64,000 nucleotides of DNA from a virus. Both the position numbers and the translations under genes were made by a program. Numbering within the stretch: the stretch's first letter is position 1; each line of letters opens with the position of its first letter. The notes under the pieces were generated by a model. It saw nothing but the letters and a program-made list of their open reading frames with translations, was not told the DNA's origin and made no database searches. Positions 45,858 through 55,284 of the stretch are shown here, one piece after another. The DNA lies in IMG/VR virus record IMGVR_UViG_3300027708_000025, positions 32,001-96,000 of that record. One strand, given 5' to 3'.

Positions 45858-45865
45858 TATTTATA
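45858..45865 (-). promoter_or_regulatory. T4-type late promoter TATAAATA
   Basis: Exact consensus upstream of the virion gene block. Confidence 0.8.
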
Positions 45866-45883
45866 ATAATATCAAATTACATT

Positions 45884-46942
45884 TTAATGTGGTGCATAAA
45901 TGCCTTTGCCGACTTCCAAATAAAATTTAGCTTCATTTGCTGGAGGTGGTCTCAATTTCGTTCGAATTTGAAATATAGGAACATCAGTTTTTTTGTCTTT
46001 AAATACTAAATTATTTCCATTTGATACTGCGGTTAGCTGAACCGTTTTTCTTAAATTATTAAAATACTCTACGGTAATTTCTTTCAACCCTGAGGAATTA
46101 ACATCAACTACGTCAGACAAATCAGAACCAAAAATACTCTTAGATAAAAAGTCCAAGGCATTTTTTGTGAACTGAGGTTTATTAGATTCTTTTATGATTT
46201 CTGTTTTTAAATCATTATACAGAGATGTTATCAATTCAAACTTTGCTTTTTGTTCTACGGGACCGAAAAATGGTTTTGATAATCTAACGTAATCTTCTTT
46301 GGCTGTCCATTTTATACCCAATGCGTCTGCTATGTCTAACATGCCGTTATACGGAGATAAATTTGCTACAGTAACACTTTCTGATTTTAATGAAAATGGT
46401 AATGATCCAGCAATTAGTTTTTTAGTGGAACCTTTTCTAACTGCATGTACTTCTAATGTAACATCGCCCTTAAGTTCTCCTCCGCTAGCCTCTCCAGCAA
46501 TACCATCTGATATTACCATAAATGTAACCACTTCTCCATAATTATTATCTAAAAAGTAATTTACAGCACCAGCGGCTCTTTTAACAAAGTTTGCTGTAGT
46601 TGTGGCTTCGATAAGTTTGTCAATTTTTTTATTAATATTACCAATGTCTTTAGATGATTTATACAGGACTTCATATTCTTTGTCGAATGCTCCAACAACG
46701 GACTCTGGCTTCAAACGCATTTCAAATCCAACATTAAAAAAGTCTGGAGGGTTTTGGCCCTTCTGCCTCATGTGATTTTCAACTACGGAATATTTAAATC
46801 TTCCAGTACTAAATATTTTGGTGTCAATTTTAGTACGAATTTTATTCAATTCATTCTTATCAACTTTTCCATATGCAAGATATAGAGACAAGGCAATAGT
46901 AAAAATTCCCTCAATAACATCACCTTCATTTAATTTAGCCAC
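45884..46942 (-). CDS. hypothetical protein, possible PD-(D/E)XK nuclease
   Basis: N.GD..EG...KGDV...SLK. Confidence 0.5.
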   Translation of the reverse strand: MAKLNEGDVIEGIFTIALSLYLAYGKVDKNELNKIRTKIDTKIFSTGRFKYSVVENHMRQKGQNPPDFFNVGFEMRLKPESVVGAFDKEYEVLYKSSKDIGNINKKIDKLIEATTTANFVKRAAGAVNYFLDNNYGEVVTFMVISDGIAGEASGGELKGDVTLEVHAVRKGSTKKLIAGSLPFSLKSESVTVANLSPYNGMLDIADALGIKWTAKEDYVRLSKPFFGPVEQKAKFELITSLYNDLKTEIIKESNKPQFTKNALDFLSKSIFGSDLSDVVDVNSSGLKEITVEYFNNLRKTVQLTAVSNGNNLVFKDKKTDVPIFQIRTKLRPPPANEAKFYLEVGKGIYAPH

Positions 46943-46964
46943 ATTACTCTCCTTCTTTTAATTA

Positions 46965-47288
46965 TTATACACTAAAACTACTGCCACAACCGCAAGTGTG
47001 TTTTGCATTTGGATTAGTAATTACAAATTCTTTTCGCATAAACTCATCTTTGTAGTCTATGTTTGCATCTTGTAAATATTGCATACTCATTGCATCAATT
47101 AAAACTCTAAATTCGTCTAGAGGAAATTCAAAATCATCATCATTCTTAACTTCGTCCATTGTAAATCCGTAATTGAATCCAGAACATCCACCACCCACAA
47201 CAAACGTTCGTAGTGAAATGTTTGGATTGTTTTCTTCTCGTAACAAGTCTATGATCTTAGACTTTGCAACATCTGTTATTGTAATCAT
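46965..47288 (-). CDS. erpA: A-type Fe-S carrier (ErpA/IscA)
   Basis: GGGCSGF.Y, NPNA..TCGCGSSF. Confidence 0.88.
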   Translation of the reverse strand: MITITDVAKSKIIDLLREENNPNISLRTFVVGGGCSGFNYGFTMDEVKNDDDFEFPLDEFRVLIDAMSMQYLQDANIDYKDEFMRKEFVITNPNAKHTCGCGSSFSV

Positions 47289-47640
47289 TTATGGCCGCCT
47301 TTATAGCATCTTCTGCAAGTATTGAACAATGAATTTTAACCGGTGGTAAGGCAAGTTCTTCAGCAATTTGTGAATTAGATATCTTTCCTGCTTCGTCAAG
47401 TGTTCTGCCCTTGACCCACTCTGTGACAAGACTGCTGGATGCAATTGCACTTCCACAGCCGTATGTTTTGAATTTTGCATCTGTAATTATTCCTTCTTCT
47501 ACTTTAATTTGAAGTTTCATAACATCGCCACATGCTGGCGCACCCACCATACCAGTGCCTATGTTATCAGCATCTTTATCAAATGATCCCACATTTCGTG
47601 GATTTTCGTAATGATCTAAAACTTTTTGAGAATATGACAT
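47257..47640 (-). CDS. iscU: Fe-S scaffold IscU
   Basis: DHYENPRNVG, APACGDVM, GCGSAIASSS, LPPVKIHCS. Confidence 0.95.
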   Translation of the reverse strand: MSYSQKVLDHYENPRNVGSFDKDADNIGTGMVGAPACGDVMKLQIKVEEGIITDAKFKTYGCGSAIASSSLVTEWVKGRTLDEAGKISNSQIAEELALPPVKIHCSILAEDAIKAAINDYNNRCCKV

Positions 47641-47704
47641 ATTTGCCGTTAAAAATAGTTACCCGATGTATACATAAAGGTGTCCGGTTTCAATTTAAAC
47701 CTTA

Positions 47705-48931
47705 TTACCTCTGCCAACCTTTAATGATATCAGGTGAGAAGTTTGCATAGCTGAATTGCATTCTGTCAACTAACTTGACTGCATTGCCTTTGATCTTGTC
47801 AATAGCAACATACCCCTCAACACCAGTTACTTCGTAACCTTTTTTAGTCAACAAGAAAGTATTCAACGTCTTAACTTCATCCATTTTCTTAATCAAAATC
47901 AACTTCGCTTCTGCTAATAGATTCATCATTGTGAAAATGTCTTCTAAATGTGATTTGTTTTTTGGCGAGAAGAATTTAAGTACTTTGCTTTTCTTTAGCA
48001 TCTGAGTAGCACGACCACGTTCACCTTTACCTTCAGCCTGTTTCTCGTAGTAATCTTCAATGTATGTAATCAATTCTTTAACGTGCGCTTTGACGTTTGT
48101 GATTTTCAACTGTTGACGTACTTTTGAATTGTTGAATGTCTTAATGCGTTCAATCAAATCTTCATCTGTATTAATGTAGTTTAGAGTAGCGGCATCTAAT
48201 TTTTGGAATATCTTTCCAGCATCAGATAGAATTGCTGTCACTTCGTCACTCTCTGCTTGTGTCAACGTAGCTTTACCAGACACATCGTGATAGACTGCAC
48301 TTGTCATCCAAACGTTTGAATTTTTTGTAAGTGTGCTTAGAATGTCTTTACCAAAGACTGCTGATAGTGTCTCAAACGAATCACCTTCGTAAATTGTATG
48401 CCAAACGATACCAATCTTTGCTTTTTGTATCTCTTTAGCAAGTTCAGTTTCTGTCGGTACTGCATAGACTAAAGTATTTGGATGAAACGTAACATACGAT
48501 TCACCTTCAATTGTTTCTGTCTTTAAGTCTGCTTGTGTGAATAGCAAGTCGCCTTGAATGACACCTTTGATGTTGATCTTAGGCAAATACATCAAACATG
48601 CTTTGAGTTTGTCTGCTAAGTCGCCAGATGTGTCTGCATCAACTTCTGCTGGAGTTTTATACACTTTGGGATTTTTATTGAAGACGCCTTTTTTCGCAAC
48701 AAAGAATTTGCCGTCTGTTGGGTCTTGTCCTGCAAAGACTGCTGGCGCACCATCCCACTTGACTGAAATGTCAACTTTGCTTTTGGAATGTCCAGCAAGC
48801 ATATCACGCACCGCTCTGAGTGCGTTTATGCTATCTCTAGTACCTTCAACACCACCATTGAGAACATCGTCTTCCGCATGTTCCATGTGAGTGTTTTTCT
48901 TTTCAATAAGGTATTCTTTAAATTTAAACAT
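47705..48931 (-). CDS. DUF6267-like protein with ligase-type motifs
   Basis: KWDG, QGD, EGYV, VKLVDR..FS..NF. Confidence 0.7.
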   Translation of the reverse strand: MFKFKEYLIEKKNTHMEHAEDDVLNGGVEGTRDSINALRAVRDMLAGHSKSKVDISVKWDGAPAVFAGQDPTDGKFFVAKKGVFNKNPKVYKTPAEVDADTSGDLADKLKACLMYLPKINIKGVIQGDLLFTQADLKTETIEGESYVTFHPNTLVYAVPTETELAKEIQKAKIGIVWHTIYEGDSFETLSAVFGKDILSTLTKNSNVWMTSAVYHDVSGKATLTQAESDEVTAILSDAGKIFQKLDAATLNYINTDEDLIERIKTFNNSKVRQQLKITNVKAHVKELITYIEDYYEKQAEGKGERGRATQMLKKSKVLKFFSPKNKSHLEDIFTMMNLLAEAKLILIKKMDEVKTLNTFLLTKKGYEVTGVEGYVAIDKIKGNAVKLVDRMQFSYANFSPDIIKGWQR

Positions 48932-48964
48932 AATAGGTCTGTCGTTGCAATAGACCTATTTATA
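48932..48964 (-). promoter_or_regulatory. late promoter TATAAATA with start-sequestering hairpin
   Basis: TATAAATA at 48957-48964; 9-bp stem 48952-48960 / 48932-48940. Confidence 0.7.
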
Positions 48965-48965
48965 A

Positions 48966-49304
48966 TTATCTTCGCATCAATGCTTGATCTTTTGCGTCAT
49001 CATTAGAAAAAATAGGAACTGCATTGCTTTTGTGCAACGTGCCGATGCCAATCATCTTGTCACCAGTGTAAACTTTTCCATAAACAGGCTTAGTGCAATT
49101 GTCGCCAACTGTAGCTAAACTGGGATAGTTGGGAGTTTCACGAATGTTTGCTTTTGGGGGTTTGTATGCTTCTACTATCTTAGGCTTTTTGAAACCTTTA
49201 GAAAATGAAGTTGTCGGAAGATTCTTTAGCCAAGTTTCATACTCTGCAACTTTCTTTGCAGGAGTTTTTTTCTTCTTTGATTTTTGATATGTGTAAATTA
49301 ACAT
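48966..49304 (-). CDS. conserved T4-like hypothetical protein
   Basis: YTG..MIGI.T.HKSNAVPIF. Confidence 0.75.
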   Translation of the reverse strand: MLIYTYQKSKKKKTPAKKVAEYETWLKNLPTTSFSKGFKKPKIVEAYKPPKANIRETPNYPSLATVGDNCTKPVYGKVYTGDKMIGIGTLHKSNAVPIFSNDDAKDQALMRR

Positions 49305-49945
49305 GATGTAAGTTCGTCAACAAAGTTTAACAATAATTTATGGTTTCGTTCTTCGTGCCAATGTTTTGATATATACCCTCTAGGCTTTTCATACCAATAC
49401 TTCTGACTCTCAGGATGACAACCAATCACACCCACACGATTTTGAATGATTGCCATAGCGTCACCATTCGCATAAGTAGATACTATTTTAGCACGTTCTA
49501 GATTGCCTGTCAATGCACATCCATCGTAAAAAAACAACGTTTCAGGTTTGCCGTTCCAAGTAACATTTGCTACAGTAGAATATGATCTACGAATATCTGC
49601 TGTATTTTGTTTAATATACTGAACAGGTTCAATATCATCTAGTATATCAAAATAGTGACTGCCAGCCCAATATGCACCCATACATATTCCGAGATAATAT
49701 CCTTTAGATTCAACAAAATCTGCTATCATATTAGCACGTTTGCGTCTAAAGAATTTATCATAAGAATCTGCATCTCCGATACCTCCAGGAAATGCAACAA
49801 TATCTGTATTGTTCAAAACTGTCAGTAAATCACTATCTGTATTGAATAAATTAATCTTGTAATTTGACGATAATGCTTTAATCATTCCATCACAACAATC
49901 CGTAGAGCATTCTGGATGATTAACAAACAATGATATAGATTTCAC
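49298..49945 (-). CDS. class I glutamine-amidotransferase-like (BPL_N) protein
   Basis: FPGG, YLGICMGAY, HPE. Confidence 0.75.
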   Translation of the reverse strand: MKSISLFVNHPECSTDCCDGMIKALSSNYKINLFNTDSDLLTVLNNTDIVAFPGGIGDADSYDKFFRRKRANMIADFVESKGYYLGICMGAYWAGSHYFDILDDIEPVQYIKQNTADIRRSYSTVANVTWNGKPETLFFYDGCALTGNLERAKIVSTYANGDAMAIIQNRVGVIGCHPESQKYWYEKPRGYISKHWHEERNHKLLLNFVDELTSC

Positions 49946-49946
49946 T

Positions 49947-50147
49947 CTATGCCATTCTGTCTACATTCTGTCCATTACGATTCATCATACGATTATTTTC
50001 AATTCGTGCTTGTTCTGCCACTTCACGTATTTGTTTAGTTCTGCGTTCTTCTAGTCGTAACTCGTCAAGCCTGCGTTCTGCATTTTTAATCTGCATGTTA
50101 CGATATATCTCAGCATTGTATTCTGCAATTCTATTGATAGTTGTCAT
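49947..50147 (-). CDS. hypothetical protein
   Basis: ORF track. Confidence 0.55.
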   Translation of the reverse strand: MTTINRIAEYNAEIYRNMQIKNAERRLDELRLEERRTKQIREVAEQARIENNRMMNRNGQNVDRMA

Positions 50148-50539
50148 TTTAACACCAAGAATGCTAACATAATACTTTGCAAGAAAAACCCAATACCGTT
50201 TGATAGCATATAGAGTTTATCTTTTGTAATTGCTGAACGAATAAAGAATAACAGTAAACCACTCCAGATTAATATAACCATACTTAATGGGGGCAATACT
50301 GTTGGTTCACCTTGAATTGCTAAGTATGTTACTGGTACTGTAGAGCCATGAATTAGAATCAATCCAATCCAACCACAAATCTCACCAAATTGAAGTACAA
50401 CCCAGTTATACCATTCTGTAATTTTAATCATTTCAAATGTCTTTCTTAAGTAATCTAAGAGTAGGTTTAAATTTTTGATAAAGGCCAATTTCACGTCCAT
50501 ATGCTTCAATCTCCCATAATGATTCCCAATATTCATCAC
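50144..50539 (-). CDS. 3-TM membrane protein
   Basis: ORF track; start probably MIKITE. Confidence 0.6.
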   Translation of the reverse strand: MMNIGNHYGRLKHMDVKLAFIKNLNLLLDYLRKTFEMIKITEWYNWVVLQFGEICGWIGLILIHGSTVPVTYLAIQGEPTVLPPLSMVILIWSGLLLFFIRSAITKDKLYMLSNGIGFFLQSIMLAFLVLK

Positions 50540-50912
50540 CTTGATATTGTTCTCGTTGAAACGTTACCAAGTTCCTTTTTTCATGGAATTTTAATTCACC
50601 TTTTGCATATTGCTTTATGTGAACCATTTCATGTGCAAGACATTGTAAAACACGCTTGCCCATTTTATTCCATTCCAAATTTATTACAAATTGTTTATTG
50701 CTTGGTAGTCCTAGAACATCATCTTTAGGAAACGCTTCACCAAGTATTTTGTTTTTTGTATAAAAATCTTTTATGACGTTTACGTTGATTTCTAAAGAAT
50801 CCGACAATCGCTCGCTCATCAAACGGCTTGCATAAAAATGCGTAGCCATCTTTAAAATCTTTCTATCCCTTGGCGTCAAGGTTACCCCTTTTGTCCTGAG
50901 AATGAGTTTCAT
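50433..50912 (-). CDS. HExxH metallopeptidase-like protein
   Basis: LAHEMVH.KQY...WEIEA. Confidence 0.75.
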   Translation of the reverse strand: MKLILRTKGVTLTPRDRKILKMATHFYASRLMSERLSDSLEINVNVIKDFYTKNKILGEAFPKDDVLGLPSNKQFVINLEWNKMGKRVLQCLAHEMVHIKQYAKGELKFHEKRNLVTFQREQYQGDEYWESLWEIEAYGREIGLYQKFKPTLRLLKKDI

Positions 50913-51006
50913 TTTTGAGTTCCTTTCCTAGCATATCTATTGTAATGCAGTTACGGCATCTTGTCAAGGGATATTTAGGGAAAGGAGTATATTTCACATT
51001 ATGAAA

Positions 51007-52422
51007 TTATACCTTTAGATTGCCAAAGTCTCGGTTTTTTTGCATTCGTTTGCCGAATCCAGACTTATCAAATGCGGGTTTGTCATCTTCAATTTGTCCA
51101 CTATCGGAAATGTTAGTTTGTGCTGACTCTTCTGCATCATAGAGTTTCATTTTTGCTCTGTCAACACCAATCACAAAACGTTTGTTTGTTGTTGGATCGC
51201 TGTAACGATTCTTCAACTGCTTGACCATGATCTGATTTAAGTCTGCAAGTTCTTCGGTTGAAATCAAAGCAAACATCAAATCTGCTGTAGCTGGCAGACC
51301 AAACGATTCTGAAGTATCTTCAAGCCCAACGTCAGAGTTTGTGAAACCACTTCTTGTTGTTTGTGTAGCTGATACGACAGGCACTTTATGCTCAACTGCA
51401 AGTCCACGCAATTCTTCTGCAATTGCTTTAATATATGTGTAAGAGTTTATAGAAGAGCCCATCTTCATACGTGCGGAAGAACAGATGTTTAGATAGTCAA
51501 TGTAAATGATATCAGGAACAAATTGACGTTTCAATTTCAACTCATTCAACAAATGTGCAAAGTGATTTACGTTTGCACTAGCGGTTGGATATTCTTTGAT
51601 GATTAACTTACCTTTAGTCTTCTCACGTAGAGTTTCAACTTTCTTCAAGTATACGTCTTTAGGCATACCAATCAATCTGTCAAGTTCAACATTCATCAAG
51701 TTAGCATCAATACGTTCTGCAATACGTTCTTCAGCCATTTCCATTGTGATGTAGAGAACGTTCTTGCCCATTGTCAGATTGGCTGCCGCACAATGACACA
51801 TGAACAAAGATTTACCAACACCAGTACCAGCAAGAACGATGTTCAGAGATTTTTCTGCAAGCCCACCTTTAGTGATTCTATTCAAATAGTCGAGATCGAA
51901 TGGGATTCGTCTTTCAACTTTATGATAGAAATCATATCGTGTTTCTGCGTCATCAATAAAATCGTGCCCAATGTGATTGTCAAAAGAAACCGAAAGCGCA
52001 TCTGCTAGGATTTTAGGGATTGAACCTTTATCAAGTTTTTCTGTATTGTTCTTATTCTTGTCATCAAGAATCTGAATGCTTTGCATGATGCCATTATAGA
52101 TAGCTTTCTCTTGGCAGAAATCTTCTGTGGCGTCAATCAACCATTTGGTGTCGGACACCTCAGGATCAATTGTGATTTGTTTGACTAACGCAATAGTTTT
52201 CTTGTGTTGGTCATCTGTTAGATTAACTCTCTTGTCAATCTCAATAGCCAATGCTTCTTGCGTTGGCATTGTGTTATACTTATTTACATAACTTTCAATT
52301 TCAGAAAACAATAATTTTTCTGAAGAATCTTGAAAATACTCTCCTCTAATGAATGGTAAAGTCTTTCGTGTATACTCTTCATCCAATATCAGGTGTTTCA
52401 GTATTTTTTGTTCCAAGTTCAT
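51007..52422 (-). CDS. gp41: replicative DNA helicase (T4 gp41)
   Basis: AGTGVGKS, IDYLNI, ATQTTR, KQLKNRY. Confidence 0.96.
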   Translation of the reverse strand: MNLEQKILKHLILDEEYTRKTLPFIRGEYFQDSSEKLLFSEIESYVNKYNTMPTQEALAIEIDKRVNLTDDQHKKTIALVKQITIDPEVSDTKWLIDATEDFCQEKAIYNGIMQSIQILDDKNKNNTEKLDKGSIPKILADALSVSFDNHIGHDFIDDAETRYDFYHKVERRIPFDLDYLNRITKGGLAEKSLNIVLAGTGVGKSLFMCHCAAANLTMGKNVLYITMEMAEERIAERIDANLMNVELDRLIGMPKDVYLKKVETLREKTKGKLIIKEYPTASANVNHFAHLLNELKLKRQFVPDIIYIDYLNICSSARMKMGSSINSYTYIKAIAEELRGLAVEHKVPVVSATQTTRSGFTNSDVGLEDTSESFGLPATADLMFALISTEELADLNQIMVKQLKNRYSDPTTNKRFVIGVDRAKMKLYDAEESAQTNISDSGQIEDDKPAFDKSGFGKRMQKNRDFGNLKV

Positions 52423-52723
52423 TCTTATACCTTTTTTCTGCTTCGTCTAATGAGTGTCTTAGAAGATCATTTAAAATTTCACCGAGGTGCGCTTCAAAGT
52501 CATTGTTACCATGTAACGCTTTGTGTTCTTCATCTATTATATCATAGTTGAAGCCAATTGAATACGTTCCGTCAGGATTTTCTTCTTCGGAGAAATTAAT
52601 TTCACCAAAAGTAAATTCAACATCTTTATATTTACCAGAATTAATTTTAATAGATGCGACTGTATCTTTGTCTTTATATTTGATATCACGCTGTGTGATT
52701 TCATAATCTTCATCAATCTTCAT
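52379..52723 (-). CDS. acidic protein in the T4 gp40 position
   Basis: Synteny between uvsX and gp41. Confidence 0.5.
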   Translation of the reverse strand: MKIDEDYEITQRDIKYKDKDTVASIKINSGKYKDVEFTFGEINFSEEENPDGTYSIGFNYDIIDEEHKALHGNNDFEAHLGEILNDLLRHSLDEAEKRYKNELGTKNTETPDIG

Positions 52724-53795
52724 TTGCTAACTCCAATTCTACTTCATCATCAACAACACCCTCAACTGCATCTTGTCCGTACATGAATTCTTTTTTACAT
52801 GCTTCATCGATCAAGTCTAGAATTTCTTTAGTGAAATACTTTTCTGGTTCAGCATTAATGTTCTTACCAAAGACTTTCACACCATTCGACAATACGTATT
52901 GCGTAGACACTTTCTTAATAATGCCATACTTTTCTGCAATGTCAAGCAATCCGTAATAACGATCTAAGCCTTTGCTGTATGTGATTTTGATTTCAACAAA
53001 TTTATTTTCTTTTGTTAAACGGCTCTTGTGCAATTTTGCTTTAACAATGTTACCGATAACTTCAGTACCATCTTTGTCTTTCTTCTTAGACAGATATACG
53101 ATTGTAGATGCTGTGTACTTCAAACCAGAACCACCAGACATTTCTTTCATTGGCACATATGAACCAACAACATCATAAACGTGATTTGTTACGATCAAAG
53201 GCACACCAATCTTAGCAAGTTTCAAATTTAACACACGAAATGTCGCTTTGAGAATTGCACTCTTAGTCATGTCTTTTGTTTCTTTGCCTTCAGCAGTATC
53301 TTCCATTTCTTTTGTAGAAGATAACTGACCAAGAGAATCGAGAACCATCATCATTGGCTTACGTGCTGATTCTTTTTGTGCTTGATACTTTTCAATGATT
53401 TGCAATGCAGTATGACGAAACTTTTGAATCGTATCTGGTTCAGAGATAACAACTCGTTTAGTGTCTACACCACGACTGTCCATCATAGACTTTGTGACTG
53501 CCGCTTCGGTGTCAAAGTAGATAACACCGCCATCAGGATTTGCATCAAGAAATTGTTTGATAACACCAAGCACAAAGAAAGTCTTACCCGTTGAAGACTC
53601 GCCAGCAAATGCTGTCACTTTGTTGTTTGGTACACCACCATAGATGCTACCACTCAGTAGTGCATTAAGTGCATAAGAGCCAGTGTCAATGCTACCACTA
53701 AACTCTGCCGATGCGCCACCATCAGAAAGAATCTTTGTGTCATCATCTTTCAATTGCTCAACTAAATCTGTAAAAAAATTACTCATATCAATCAC
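52713..53795 (-). CDS. uvsX: RecA-like recombinase UvsX
   Basis: [21 protein letters not shown]. Confidence 0.95.
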   Translation of the reverse strand: MIDMSNFFTDLVEQLKDDDTKILSDGGASAEFSGSIDTGSYALNALLSGSIYGGVPNNKVTAFAGESSTGKTFFVLGVIKQFLDANPDGGVIYFDTEAAVTKSMMDSRGVDTKRVVISEPDTIQKFRHTALQIIEKYQAQKESARKPMMMVLDSLGQLSSTKEMEDTAEGKETKDMTKSAILKATFRVLNLKLAKIGVPLIVTNHVYDVVGSYVPMKEMSGGSGLKYTASTIVYLSKKKDKDGTEVIGNIVKAKLHKSRLTKENKFVEIKITYSKGLDRYYGLLDIAEKYGIIKKVSTQYVLSNGVKVFGKNINAEPEKYFTKEILDLIDEACKKEFMYGQDAVEGVVDDEVELELANED

Positions 53796-53845
53796 CTTTT
53801 ATATTATTACACAATAAATTATTATAACATTAATCGAACGAAAAA

Positions 53846-54832
53846 TCAAGTGTCTGCGTACTTTGCAAATTTTGATCTACCATCTCTGGTGTATTTGCGT
53901 TTAAAATCTTCCAGTTCTTCTTTTGTCATGGGTATGGGTTCCATGAGTGATGCATTCAAATTTTCATCACCAGTAGATTGTTGTGCCGTTTGTGTTTTTT
54001 GTTTTCTTTTTTGTTTTGGTGCAACTTCAGCAGATGGAATATCAATCTGATATCCACCAGACTTTTCTTCTTTTTTTCTTGCTATTTGCCTCAGAGAAAA
54101 GTTACCAGCGATAACAAGCAAGACTGCCATTGGGTCAAACACAAGAACCAAAAGAATAATAACGAATCGTACAGACTTATCTAGTAAACTGGAATCAACG
54201 CTGTCGCCGTAGATTAGCGCCGCAATATATTTAATCGGACCAACTTCTGCTTCCACTTTACGAATTTCGGTGGCGATAGGTGCTCTTTCTTCATTAAGAG
54301 TCGAAACCCGCTTGTTATATGTTTCGATTTCTTTAAGTAAGCGACCACGTTCAGCCTGTTGGGCTTTGCGTAGACTTGCCGCTTTTTCTGCACCCTTTTC
54401 GTTTGTTGAACGAACCATAACTTGGTCCACAGCTTCATCCATCTGTTTGAGAGTTTTGCGATTAACATCTATATTATCCTTTTCAACTTTAATCTTCTCA
54501 TCGATAAGTGCAATCTGTGCTTGTACATCACCACTTACTAAATTTTGATCGTTGTGTGCTTTAGAAAGATATCCAAAGATTCCCAATGATGTAATGAACA
54601 TTAAAATTATAACTGCTATTGTAAAATAGTACTTCAAAAATCTTGGTGCAATTGTCCAATTCTTATATGCCCATGATGCGGCAATGAGTTTAGAAAATTC
54701 AAGCGCACCACCCATGATTGCAATTGGAATGGGGCTAGCCGCAAAGATAGCCATTAGACCAATAACAGAATAGTATGCGGCAATAGCAGAAAGAGATATT
54801 GCACTCAATAATGTAATCAAAGCAAATAGCAT
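53846..54832 (-). CDS. membrane protein with coiled coil
   Basis: 4 TM; GIFGYLSKAH, EVGPIKYIA, FDP. Confidence 0.7.
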   Translation of the reverse strand: MLFALITLLSAISLSAIAAYYSVIGLMAIFAASPIPIAIMGGALEFSKLIAASWAYKNWTIAPRFLKYYFTIAVIILMFITSLGIFGYLSKAHNDQNLVSGDVQAQIALIDEKIKVEKDNIDVNRKTLKQMDEAVDQVMVRSTNEKGAEKAASLRKAQQAERGRLLKEIETYNKRVSTLNEERAPIATEIRKVEAEVGPIKYIAALIYGDSVDSSLLDKSVRFVIILLVLVFDPMAVLLVIAGNFSLRQIARKKEEKSGGYQIDIPSAEVAPKQKRKQKTQTAQQSTGDENLNASLMEPIPMTKEELEDFKRKYTRDGRSKFAKYADT

Positions 54833-54834
54833 AA

Positions 54835-55284
54835 TTATCCTCTAGTTAACAACAACACCTTATCAATCTGTTCTTGAATCTTTGCAGTACGATTCGGCCA
54901 ATAGATATATTCTTTCTCTGGATTCTTCATCAGGTTAACAAGCAAAGGCATAATGAGTTGTTCTAATTCTTTTAGATTCTTTTTTACATCTACTATCATG
55001 TTCTGACGTTCTGCATCAAGTCCAAGTTTACCTTGATTGTATAGTGATAACATCGAATCTAATTTTTCTTCTACACGTTGTAGAGATTCTGAAGATTGTG
55101 CTACCGTTTGTTTAACAGTAACCGTATCTTCTAATGTATTTGGATCTGTGAGTCTAGTTAACGTTGATTCGTCAACTGCACTAAATCCAAAATCATCTTC
55201 TTTTCTAAACGCTAGGTACTCTGATGGTATTTTTGTACTCATGTGAAAAAGTTCTCCAATGAAGAAACACGTTCTGTCTTCCAA
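54835..55284 (-). CDS. conserved hypothetical protein
   Basis: DFGFSAV, NL.KNP.KEYIYWPNR; start probably MSTKIP. Confidence 0.7.
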   Translation of the reverse strand: MEDRTCFFIGELFHMSTKIPSEYLAFRKEDDFGFSAVDESTLTRLTDPNTLEDTVTVKQTVAQSSESLQRVEEKLDSMLSLYNQGKLGLDAERQNMIVDVKKNLKELEQLIMPLLVNLMKNPEKEYIYWPNRTAKIQEQIDKVLLLTRG

